Positions 9,300 through 17,086 of a stretch of DNA of 64,000 nucleotides are shown one piece after another. The notes under the pieces were generated by a model. It made no database searches and was not told the DNA's origin. It worked only from the letters and a program-made list of their open reading frames with translations. Each line of letters opens with the position of its first letter. Within the stretch, counting starts at the first letter, position 1. The DNA is from an uncultured Actinomycetes bacterium (GTDB taxonomy: Bacteria > Actinomycetota > Thermoleophilia > UBA2241), in contig CAVYCN010000003.1 of the NCBI GenBank assembly GCA_963767005.1, forward strand, positions 256,001-320,000. The letters run 5' to 3'. The position numbers were made by a program, and so were the translations under genes.

Positions 9300-9941
9300 T
9301 CACAGCTTGTCGTGGGTGACGGCCATGACCTCGGCACGCAGAATGACCGCCTCGCCGAGGATGCCGTCGAGCTCGGCGCGCGCGGCGGCGACGTAGCCTT
9401 CGTCCTTGATCGAGCCGAGGTTGATGAGCACGTTCAGGGCGGCGCCCTGGGCCGCCGACTCACCCAGGATCGCGCCGATCGCGGCGTCGGTCACGGCCGC
9501 CGGGTTGCCGATCTCGGCGGCCGTCTTGGCCAGGCGGCAGACCTCGAGCGCCACGCGGGCGATCTCGAGCGGCACATTGGCGGCCACCTTGAGGGCGGCC
9601 TGGATGTGGGCGGCGCGCGCGGCCTGCTGCTCGGGCGTGTCCTTGGGCATGCGGTAGCCCTCGATCACGCCGTTGTAGGCCGTCGTGTCGTCCTGGAGCA
9701 GGCGCTCGAGCTCGACGCGGCGCGCCTCGGAGGCGGTCACGACCTCGCGCACCTGCGCCTCGACGCCGGCGAACTTCTCCTTGCCGATCGTCAGGTTGCA
9801 GACCATCGACACGAGGGCCGCGCCGAGTGCCCCGGCACAGGCCGACACGCTGCCGCCGCCGGGCGCCGGCTTGCCCGACGCGGCGTCGTCGACGTAGGTC
9901 TGCAGCGACTCGTCGCGGTAGATGGTGGCCTGGTCGCTCAC
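9300..9941 (-). CDS. fchA: Methenyl-THF cyclohydrolase / formiminoTHF cyclodeaminase family
   Basis: PAPGGGSVSA, MVCNLTIGK, GNPAAVTD, NVLINL; GGAGG RBS; located between fhs and folD. Confidence 0.85.
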   Translation of the reverse strand: MSDQATIYRDESLQTYVDDAASGKPAPGGGSVSACAGALGAALVSMVCNLTIGKEKFAGVEAQVREVVTASEARRVELERLLQDDTTAYNGVIEGYRMPKDTPEQQAARAAHIQAALKVAANVPLEIARVALEVCRLAKTAAEIGNPAAVTDAAIGAILGESAAQGAALNVLINLGSIKDEGYVAAARAELDGILGEAVILRAEVMAVTHDKL

Positions 9942-10028
9942 GGCTTATCCTCCGATCACTGGCGTTCGCTCGATGTCGGGGCCGGTCCGGCGGCCGCGGC
10001 GCGCAACCGCGCACGGACGGCGGCGGCG

Positions 10029-10070
10029 AGGCGGGGGCGGCGGCGCCGTACGGCGCCGCCGCCCCCGCCT
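10029..10070. repeat. Perfect 42-bp palindrome downstream of fhs
   Basis: AGGCGGGGGCGGCGGCGCCGT|ACGGCGCCGCCGCCCCCGCCT. Confidence 0.85.
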
Positions 10071-10090
10071 GTCCGGCCCGCGGACCGCGT

Positions 10091-11806
10091 CTAGAACAGG
10101 CCGATGATGCGGCCGGTCTGCGTATCGATATCGACGTCGACCGCCGCCGGCCGCTTGGCCAGGCCCGGCATCGTACGCATCTCGCCGAGCAGCGGGTAGA
10201 GGTAACCCGCACCGGTCGCCGGACGGATGTCGCGGATCGGCACGCGGAAGCCGCGCGGCCGGCCCTTGAGCGCCGGGTCGTGACTGAGCGAGAGGTGCGT
10301 CTTGGCCATGCAGAGCGGCAGCTTGTCGAGGCCCTGCTCGGTGAAGAGCTTGATCTTGGCCTCGGCCTCGGGCAGATAGTCGACGCCGTCGGCGCCGTAG
10401 ATCTTGGTGGCGATGGTCTCGATCTTCTCCTTGATCGAGGCCTCGAGCGGGTAGAGGAACCTGAAGTCGCCGCCGCGGTCGGCCGCCGCCTTGACGACCT
10501 CGGCCGCCTCCTGGCCGCCGTCGCCGCCCAGGGCGTGGACGTTGATCGGCACCGCATCCTCGGCGCCGGCCGCCACGGCCGCCTTGCGCACGATCTCGAC
10601 CTCGGTCTCGCGGTCGAAGGCGAAGCGGTTGATGGTGACCACCACGGGGATGCCGAAGAACTTCATGTTCTCGATCTGCTTGGCGAGGTTCTCGCAGCCC
10701 TTCTCGAGGGCGACGTTGTTCTCGGCCTTGAGCGCCTCGGGATCGACCGGCATGCCGCCGTGCATCTTGAGCGCCCGCATGGTGCAGGTGATGACCACGG
10801 CGCTCGGCGCGAAGCCGCCGTAGCGGCAGATGATGTCCATGAACTTCTCGGCGCCCAGGTCGGCGGCGAAGCCGCTCTCGGTGACGACGTAGTCGGCCAG
10901 CTTCATGGCGACCTGGTCGGCGATGATCGAGTTGTTGCCCTGGGCGATGTTGGCGAACGGACCCGCGTGGATCAGGCTGGCGTTGCCCTCGAGGGTCTGC
11001 ATGAGGTTCGGCTTGATGGCGTCCTTGAGGAGCACCGTCATGGCGCCGCCGGCGCCGATGTCGTCGGCCGTGAGCGGCTTGCCCGTCTTGCTGTAGCCGA
11101 AGGTGATGCGGCCGAGACGCTCGCGCAGGTCCTTGAGCGAGGTCGCCAGGCCGAGGATGGCCATGACCTCGCTGGCGACCGTGATGTCGTAGCCGGTCTG
11201 GCGCGGGATGCCGTTCAAGCGGCCGCCGAGCCCGTTCACGATCTCGCGCATGGCGCGGTCGTTCAGGTCGACGCAGCGCCGCCACGAGATGGTCAGCGGG
11301 TCGATGTTCAGCTCGTTGCCGTGCATGAGATGGCTGTCGACCATGGCGGCGAGCAGGTTGTTGGCGGTGCCGACGGCGTGGATGTCGCCGGTGAAGTGGA
11401 GGTTCAGGTCCTCCATCGGGATGAGCTGCGAGTAACCGCCGCCGGCGGCGCCGCCCTTGATGCCGAAGACCGGCCCGAGCGACGGCTCGCGCAGCGCCAG
11501 CATCGTGTTGACGCCGATCGCGTTCATCGACTCGGACAGGCCGACGGCCGTGACCGTCTTGCCCTCGCCGAGCGGCGTCGGAGTGATGGCGGTGACGTCG
11601 ATGATCTTGCCGTCGGGCTTGTTCTTCAGCCGCTCGAGCAGGGCCATGTAGTCGATCTTGGCCTTGTAGCGGCCGTAGAGCTCGAGCTCCTCTTCGAGAA
11701 TGCCGACCTTGGCGGCGATCTCGGTGATCGGCAGCATGGTCGCCGCCTGGGCGATCTCGATGTCCTTGGGCACCGGGGACTTGCGGACAGGCTTTGCCGG
11801 ACTCAA
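10091..11806 (-). CDS. fhs: Formate--tetrahydrofolate ligase
   Basis: TTG start after GAGGAGGG; TPTPLGEGKT, KGGAAGGGYSQ, NLHFTGDIHA, GPFANIA, MAKTHLSLS, TMPGL. Confidence 0.97.
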   Translation of the reverse strand: MSPAKPVRKSPVPKDIEIAQAATMLPITEIAAKVGILEEELELYGRYKAKIDYMALLERLKNKPDGKIIDVTAITPTPLGEGKTVTAVGLSESMNAIGVNTMLALREPSLGPVFGIKGGAAGGGYSQLIPMEDLNLHFTGDIHAVGTANNLLAAMVDSHLMHGNELNIDPLTISWRRCVDLNDRAMREIVNGLGGRLNGIPRQTGYDITVASEVMAILGLATSLKDLRERLGRITFGYSKTGKPLTADDIGAGGAMTVLLKDAIKPNLMQTLEGNASLIHAGPFANIAQGNNSIIADQVAMKLADYVVTESGFAADLGAEKFMDIICRYGGFAPSAVVITCTMRALKMHGGMPVDPEALKAENNVALEKGCENLAKQIENMKFFGIPVVVTINRFAFDRETEVEIVRKAAVAAGAEDAVPINVHALGGDGGQEAAEVVKAAADRGGDFRFLYPLEASIKEKIETIATKIYGADGVDYLPEAEAKIKLFTEQGLDKLPLCMAKTHLSLSHDPALKGRPRGFRVPIRDIRPATGAGYLYPLLGEMRTMPGLAKRPAAVDVDIDTQTGRIIGLF

Positions 11807-11936
11807 CGCGCCCTCCTCTGTAGATCCACTTTCCACGCGCTTCACGATAGGACGGACAGAGGTCCCGGGCGGGTGCTCGCCGGCGTCGGACACGGTCGGT
11901 GGCCGAGCGACGACCCGCGCGGTGCGCTGACCGCTC

Positions 11937-11954
11937 TTGTGCACGATTCTACAA
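11937..11954. promoter_or_regulatory. Rex-operator-like palindrome overlapping the -10 box
   Basis: TTGTGCA-CGAT-TCTACAA matches TTGTGAA-N4-TTCACAA at 11 of 14 positions. Confidence 0.5.
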
Positions 11955-11975
11955 GGGCCGAAAAATGGGGGTCAA
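11946..11975 (-). promoter_or_regulatory. Sigma70-type promoter of the fhs operon
   Basis: TTGACC-N18-TAGAAT on minus strand. Confidence 0.7.
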
Positions 11976-12940
11976 ACCGGGCTCGACGGCGGTGCGGCGC
12001 CCGAGTCGCCACGATCCGACGTCCGCTCCCACAGGTCCCAGCGCTTGACCACCCGCATCCCGGCGCGTTCGTAGAGCGCAGCGGCGATCTCGTTGTCGGC
12101 GTCGACCGCGAGGGCCACGCGACCGATGCCACGAGCGGCGAACAGAGCGAACGAGTGGCGCAGCAGCGCCGTCGCCACACCGCGACCGCGATACGGCGCC
12201 GCGACGCCGAGAAAGCCGACCCAGCCGCGCGGTCCCATGGCGAGCCCGGTGAGCGCGCCGACCACGGCGGCGGCCTGTCGCGCCACGAGCCAGAGGGTTG
12301 GATCGTAGCCCGGGCCGCTCGCCTCCTCGTCGACCCAGCGCTCGTACGGTTGCGGCTCGTGGTCCCAGTGATCGGCGAAGGCCGCCTCGAGCACGCGATG
12401 GACGTCGGGCAGGTCGTCGGGCGAGCGGATGCCTTCGATCGCGATCCCCGCCGGCGACGGGCCCGCCTCGACCGGCCCCGCGAGCTCGATCTGCATGTGC
12501 CAGAAGTGACGTACGAACCGCAGCCCGCGGACCTCGAGCATCGCCGCCGCGGCGCGGTCGCCGGCGTTGATCGCGTGGCGGAACCGCACCGCCGGCAGGT
12601 CGGGCAGGAGACGAGCGGCGCGCTCCTCGATACGGTCCAGCAGCGCTGTGCCGAGCCCGCGACGCCGGTGGTCGGGGTGGACCACTCCCCACGACTCGAC
12701 CACGTCGGGATCCTCTCCGGCGACCTGCGCGTAGCCGACAATCGTGCCGCCGCCGTCAACGGCGACCCAGGCGTCGGTGGCCGGGTCGAAGCCCGGACGG
12801 CCCCAGCCGCTGCGCAGGAAGCCCTCGTCGAGCACGGCCTCGCCGGCGTCGTCCAGGTCGTCGGCGGCGAGCACTGCGGCGATCGCCCCGAGGTCGTCCC
12901 GGATGGGCGCTCGCAGGCTGTAGCCGTCAAGCAAACGCAT
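11972..12940 (-). CDS. Tandem-domain GNAT acetyltransferase
   Basis: Two acetyl-CoA motifs VHPDHRRRGLG and VAAPYRGRGVA; AAALYERAGM. Confidence 0.85.
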   Translation of the reverse strand: MRLLDGYSLRAPIRDDLGAIAAVLAADDLDDAGEAVLDEGFLRSGWGRPGFDPATDAWVAVDGGGTIVGYAQVAGEDPDVVESWGVVHPDHRRRGLGTALLDRIEERAARLLPDLPAVRFRHAINAGDRAAAAMLEVRGLRFVRHFWHMQIELAGPVEAGPSPAGIAIEGIRSPDDLPDVHRVLEAAFADHWDHEPQPYERWVDEEASGPGYDPTLWLVARQAAAVVGALTGLAMGPRGWVGFLGVAAPYRGRGVATALLRHSFALFAARGIGRVALAVDADNEIAAALYERAGMRVVKRWDLWERTSDRGDSGAAPPSSPV

Positions 12941-12989
12941 GGCGCCGGCGTATCCGTCCACGAGCGTCGCGCGGCCCGACCGGCGTTCT

Positions 12990-14318
12990 TCAGTCGCCGG
13001 CGGCGGCGCGGCGCCGGGCGGCGGCGCGCGCCGCGTCGTAGACGTCCTTGAGCGGCCGCCCGGCACGCGCCGCCGCCCGGCGGCAGTCTTCGTACTCGGG
13101 CGAGACGGTGACGAGCTCGTCGTCGAGGTAGCCCAGGCGGACGCGGATCGTGGCCGCGTCGCCGGCGCCCTCGTCCGGCGCCGGAGCGCCGGCCGCGGCG
13201 ACGGAGTCTCCAGGGGCGAGCCCGGTCGGATCGAGCTCGGCCGGCTCGACAACGGCCACGCGCTCGTCGAGCAGCAGGCGCCGCGCCGGCAGCACGCGCA
13301 GCCCGAAGGTCGAGGTCTCGCGGAACACGAGCGCCGCGAGCGCGGCCCGGTCCCCGGGCCGCGCGAGCACGCTGAGCACGGTGCCCGAGCGGCCCTTCTT
13401 CATGACCGCCGGCGTCGTCCAGACGTCGAGCGCACCGGCGTCGACCAGGCGTGCCGCCGCGTCTGCGAGCAGCTCGGCCGGCAGGTCGTCGATCGTCGCT
13501 TCGAGCAGCTCGACCTCGTCCTGCGACCAGGGCGCGCCCGGGCCGCCCGGCGCGCGGTCGAGCGGCTCGACGAGCAGGGCGCGCAACACGTTCGGCCGGC
13601 CCTCGAGCTCGCGCCGGCCGGCGCCGACGCCGGCGGTCAGCAGGCGGCCGGCAGGCAGGCCGCCGAAGCGCTCGACGAGGTGGGCGAGCAGGGCCGCTCC
13701 GGTGGGCGTGGCGAGCTCGGCGTCGGGCCCCGTGCCGGCGCCGGCCGTGGGCAGGCCGCGCAGCAGCCAGGCGACGGCCGGCGCCGGCACGGCGAGCTCG
13801 CCGTGGGCGGTGCGCACCGTGCCCGCGCCGAGCGCCGGCGGCGAGGCGCTCACCAGCGCCGGCGCGAGCGCCGCGACGAGGGAGACGACGGCGATGAGGT
13901 CGACGGCAGTGTCGAGGCCGGCGAGCTCGTGGAGGTGCTCCGCGCCGTCGCCGTGCACGGCGCGCTCGGCCGCGGCCATGCGCTCGGCGACGGCCACGAC
14001 CCCGTCGGATACGGCCGGCTCGAGGCGCGCCCCGCGCACGGCCGCGATGAGCTCGGCGAAGGTGGCAAAGCCGGGGCGCTCGTCGACGGTGAACGTCAGG
14101 GCGGCGAGGCCGCCGCGCCGCGCCGCCGCGACGTGCGCGACCGCCGGGTCGATGCCGACCGCCGCGAGGGCCGGCGCGACGATGCGGCCGAGCGCCGCGG
14201 CGGCGCCGGCAGCCGGGTCGCCCGCGTCCGCGCTCACCGCGAGCAGCGCCGCGGCCAGCATGTCGCCGCTCACGCCGCTCACGCAGTCGAGGTGCAGCAG
14301 CGGTCCATGGGCGCGCAT
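12990..14318 (-). CDS. larC: LarC-family nickel insertion protein
   Basis: DCVSGVSGDM, VHG..HLHELAGLD, AHGELAVPAPA, ELATPTGAA, MKKGRSG, RETSTFGLR, PEYED. Confidence 0.9.
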   Translation of the reverse strand: MRAHGPLLHLDCVSGVSGDMLAAALLAVSADAGDPAAGAAAALGRIVAPALAAVGIDPAVAHVAAARRGGLAALTFTVDERPGFATFAELIAAVRGARLEPAVSDGVVAVAERMAAAERAVHGDGAEHLHELAGLDTAVDLIAVVSLVAALAPALVSASPPALGAGTVRTAHGELAVPAPAVAWLLRGLPTAGAGTGPDAELATPTGAALLAHLVERFGGLPAGRLLTAGVGAGRRELEGRPNVLRALLVEPLDRAPGGPGAPWSQDEVELLEATIDDLPAELLADAAARLVDAGALDVWTTPAVMKKGRSGTVLSVLARPGDRAALAALVFRETSTFGLRVLPARRLLLDERVAVVEPAELDPTGLAPGDSVAAAGAPAPDEGAGDAATIRVRLGYLDDELVTVSPEYEDCRRAAARAGRPLKDVYDAARAAARRRAAAGD

Positions 14319-14435
14319 CGGTGCCTCCGCGTAACGGGGTCGTTGCGCCGCATCCTAGCATCGCCGCCACACCCGCGACCGCTCGCCGTTCGCGCGGGCC
14401 TCCGCGCCGTTTCCCGGTCGGATAGAATCGCGGCC

Positions 14436-15488
14436 ATGAGAATCGCCCAGATCGCCCCACCCTGGATCACCGTACCGCCGGCCGGCTACGGCGGCACCGA
14501 GTGGGTGGTCAAGCACCTCTGCGACGGCCTCACGGCGGCCGGCCACGAGGTCCACCTGTTCGCCACCGGCGACTCGCGCACGCCGGCGATCCTCCATGCC
14601 TACTACCCGCGGCAGCTACCCGATGTCATGGCCCTGCCGGGCGCCATGTCGTCCTACGAAGCACGCCACGTGGTCGACGCGGTCGCGACCATCCGCGCCG
14701 ACGGCGGCTTCGACGTCGTCCACGACCACTCCGGCTTCCAGCTCGTCGCCTACGCCCGCTTCCTCGGGCTGCCGCCCCTGCTGCACACCATCCACTGCGC
14801 GTTCGACACCCACGCCCTGCCCTTCTACGAGCAGTTCGCGCACACCGCCTCGTACGCCACCATCAGCGACTTCCAGCGCTCCCAGGGGCCGGCCGAGCTG
14901 AACTGGGCCGGCACTGTCTACAACGCCCTGCCGGTCGACGACTGGCCGTTTCGCACCGACAAGGACGGCTACCTGCTCGCCTTCGGCCGCGTGAGCGAGG
15001 CCAAGGGCTTCCACCTGGCCATCGAGATCGCCCGCCGCAGCGGGCGCCGGCTGATCATGGCCGGGGTCGTGCAGGACTGGTACCGGGACTACTTCCGCGA
15101 GCGGATCGAGCCCGAGATCGACGGCGACCAGATCGTGTTCGAAGACGAGGTCACCGACGCGCGCAAGCGCGAGCTGTTCGCCGGCGCCGACGCCTTCATC
15201 TTCCCCATCCTGTGGCCCGAGCCGTTCGGCCTCGTGATGGTCGAAGCTATGGCGTCGGGCACGCCGGTCATCGCCCTGCGCAACGGCTCGGTGTCCGAGG
15301 TCGTCGACGATGGTGTCACCGGCTTCGTCTGCGACGACGTCGACGGGATGCTGGCGGCGCTCGACCGGCTGGCCGAGGTCGACCCCCTCGTCTGCCGCCG
15401 GGCGGTCGAGGAGCGCTTCAGCGTGGCGGCCATGACGGCCGGCTACGAGGCGCTCTACAGCCGCCTCGCCGAGGGCGCCACGGCCTGA
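14436..15488 (+). CDS. Glycosyltransferase family 4
   Basis: MRIAQIAPP..PPAGYGGTE, WPEPFGLVMVEAMASGTPV; TAGAAT 7 nt before ATG. Confidence 0.92.
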   Translation: MRIAQIAPPWITVPPAGYGGTEWVVKHLCDGLTAAGHEVHLFATGDSRTPAILHAYYPRQLPDVMALPGAMSSYEARHVVDAVATIRADGGFDVVHDHSGFQLVAYARFLGLPPLLHTIHCAFDTHALPFYEQFAHTASYATISDFQRSQGPAELNWAGTVYNALPVDDWPFRTDKDGYLLAFGRVSEAKGFHLAIEIARRSGRRLIMAGVVQDWYRDYFRERIEPEIDGDQIVFEDEVTDARKRELFAGADAFIFPILWPEPFGLVMVEAMASGTPVIALRNGSVSEVVDDGVTGFVCDDVDGMLAALDRLAEVDPLVCRRAVEERFSVAAMTAGYEALYSRLAEGATA

Positions 15489-15489
15489 C

Positions 15490-16977
15490 CTATCGCCCCT
15501 CGGCCGCAAGCGCCCGCTTGCGGTCGATGTCGCGCCACTGCGCCGTCACCCACTTCTCGACGCTGTTGCGCAGCACGACCTCGCGAATCGCCCCGGCACG
15601 CGCCGCGCGCTCGTCGCGCGGCATCGTCAGGGCTCGGTAGATGGCCTGCGCCTGCTCCTCGATGTCGAACGGGTTCACGGCCACCGCCAGCGTGCCGATC
15701 TCCTCGAAGGCGCCGGTGTTCTCGGACAGGATCAGCACGCCGTCGATCGTGTTGACGAGGGCGCCCTCCTTGGCCACCAGGTTCATGCCGTCGAAGATGG
15801 CGTTCACCATGAGCGCGTCGTAGTGGCGGTAGGCGGCCAGCGACGCCGGAAAATCGTCCTCGATGCGCACGTCGATCGGCATCCAGTCGGTGTTGCCGTG
15901 GCGCGTGTTGATCTCGGCGACGAGCTGCATGACGCGCTCGCGGTAGGCGACGTACTCCTCGACGTCCTCACGCGACGGCTGCAGGTGGGCGAGGAACGTG
16001 ACGTGGTCCTTGAACTCGGGGTGCAGCTCGAGGAACCGGTCGAAGGCAAGAAAGCCGCGCAGGATGTTCTTGGACAGGTCGAGACGGTCGACGCGCACGA
16101 TCAGATGCTCGCGGCGGCGCTCGAGCAGCTCGCGCTCGGCGCGCGCCACGCGTGGCGAGGCCACGGCGCTCTCGAGCACGTCGGGGTCGATCGAGACCGG
16201 GTAGGCGCGCACCCAGGTGGAGTGGCCGCCGCTCAGCACCGCCCGCTCGTCCTCGTCGATGCGCGCGTCGAGCACGTCGCGGCAGCCCTGCAGGAAGTTG
16301 TCGACGTAGTGTTGCGTGTGGAAGGCCACCACGTCGTTGGCGAGCAGGCTGCGGAAGATCTGCTCGCGGATGTCGCGCGGCAGCACGCGCCAGTAGTCGG
16401 ACTGCGCCCAGGGGATGTGCACGAACTGCTGCAGGAACACCCGGGGGGCGCCGGCCCGCACGACCGGCGAGACGGTGTACAGGTGGTAGTCGTGGACGAT
16501 CACGATGCGGTCCTCGCCGTCGTCGCCGAGCTCGTCGAGGATCGCCTCGCCGAACAGCCGGTTCACCGGCACGTATCCCTCATACCAGGCGTCGAGCTCG
16601 TTCTGCCTGATGTCGGGGTGGCGGGCGAGGTCCCAGAGGTAGTGCTGGATGAACCACAGCATGGGGTTTGCGGCGATGTTGTAGAAGCGGCCGTAGGCCT
16701 CGCGCTCGGGAGCCACGTAGCGCACCTGGAAGGTCTCGCCGTCGAGCTCGACCCGCACCGACGTCGCGGCGGCGGCGATCTCCTCTTCCTCGGGGCTCGC
16801 CGCCGCCGCGATCCACACACCGGGGTGGCGCCGCAGCATGGCGCTGAGCACGGTGACGAGGCCGCCGGCGCCGCGCTTGACCACGGGCTCGCCGGCGGCG
16901 TCGCTGTGGAACGACACGGGGCCGCGGTTGGCGGCCACGATCAGGTTGGAGCGCTGGGGCGTGTACGCGCTGTCCAA
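15490..16977 (-). CDS. otsA: Trehalose-6-phosphate synthase (GT20)
   Basis: GAGGLV, VHDYHL, FVHIPW, RVDRLDLSKN, DGMNLVAKE; GT20 specificity (T6P vs glucosylglycerol-P) is not provable from motifs. Confidence 0.8.
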   Translation of the reverse strand: MDSAYTPQRSNLIVAANRGPVSFHSDAAGEPVVKRGAGGLVTVLSAMLRRHPGVWIAAAASPEEEEIAAAATSVRVELDGETFQVRYVAPEREAYGRFYNIAANPMLWFIQHYLWDLARHPDIRQNELDAWYEGYVPVNRLFGEAILDELGDDGEDRIVIVHDYHLYTVSPVVRAGAPRVFLQQFVHIPWAQSDYWRVLPRDIREQIFRSLLANDVVAFHTQHYVDNFLQGCRDVLDARIDEDERAVLSGGHSTWVRAYPVSIDPDVLESAVASPRVARAERELLERRREHLIVRVDRLDLSKNILRGFLAFDRFLELHPEFKDHVTFLAHLQPSREDVEEYVAYRERVMQLVAEINTRHGNTDWMPIDVRIEDDFPASLAAYRHYDALMVNAIFDGMNLVAKEGALVNTIDGVLILSENTGAFEEIGTLAVAVNPFDIEEQAQAIYRALTMPRDERAARAGAIREVVLRNSVEKWVTAQWRDIDRKRALAAEGR

Positions 16978-17029
16978 GACCCTCCCCCCTTTCGGGCGCG
17001 GCGACGACGCCTGCCGCGCGCTCCTACGT

Positions 17030-17086
17030 CCGTCGACCGACTTCGTCGTCGCCGCTCAGGCTTGTGTGACTTCGTCGCACGCCTAG
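17030..17086 (+). repeat. ~60-bp dispersed structured repeat, copy 1
   Basis: CCGTCGACCGACTTCGTCGTCGCCGCTCAGGCTTGTGTGACTTCGTCGCACGCCTAG; aligns with copies at 44160, 45014 and 45073. Confidence 0.8.

Noticed and set aside
11807-11940. ZTP or THF riboswitch in the fhs leader
   Set aside because: No recognisable consensus by eye; an Rfam scan would be needed
9827-13051. Very long alternative ORFs (e.g. 9827-13051 +, 15823-18345 +, 59725-63195 +, 59540-63067 -)
   Set aside because: Antisense or off-frame shadows of real genes caused by stop-codon scarcity at high GC; no motifs
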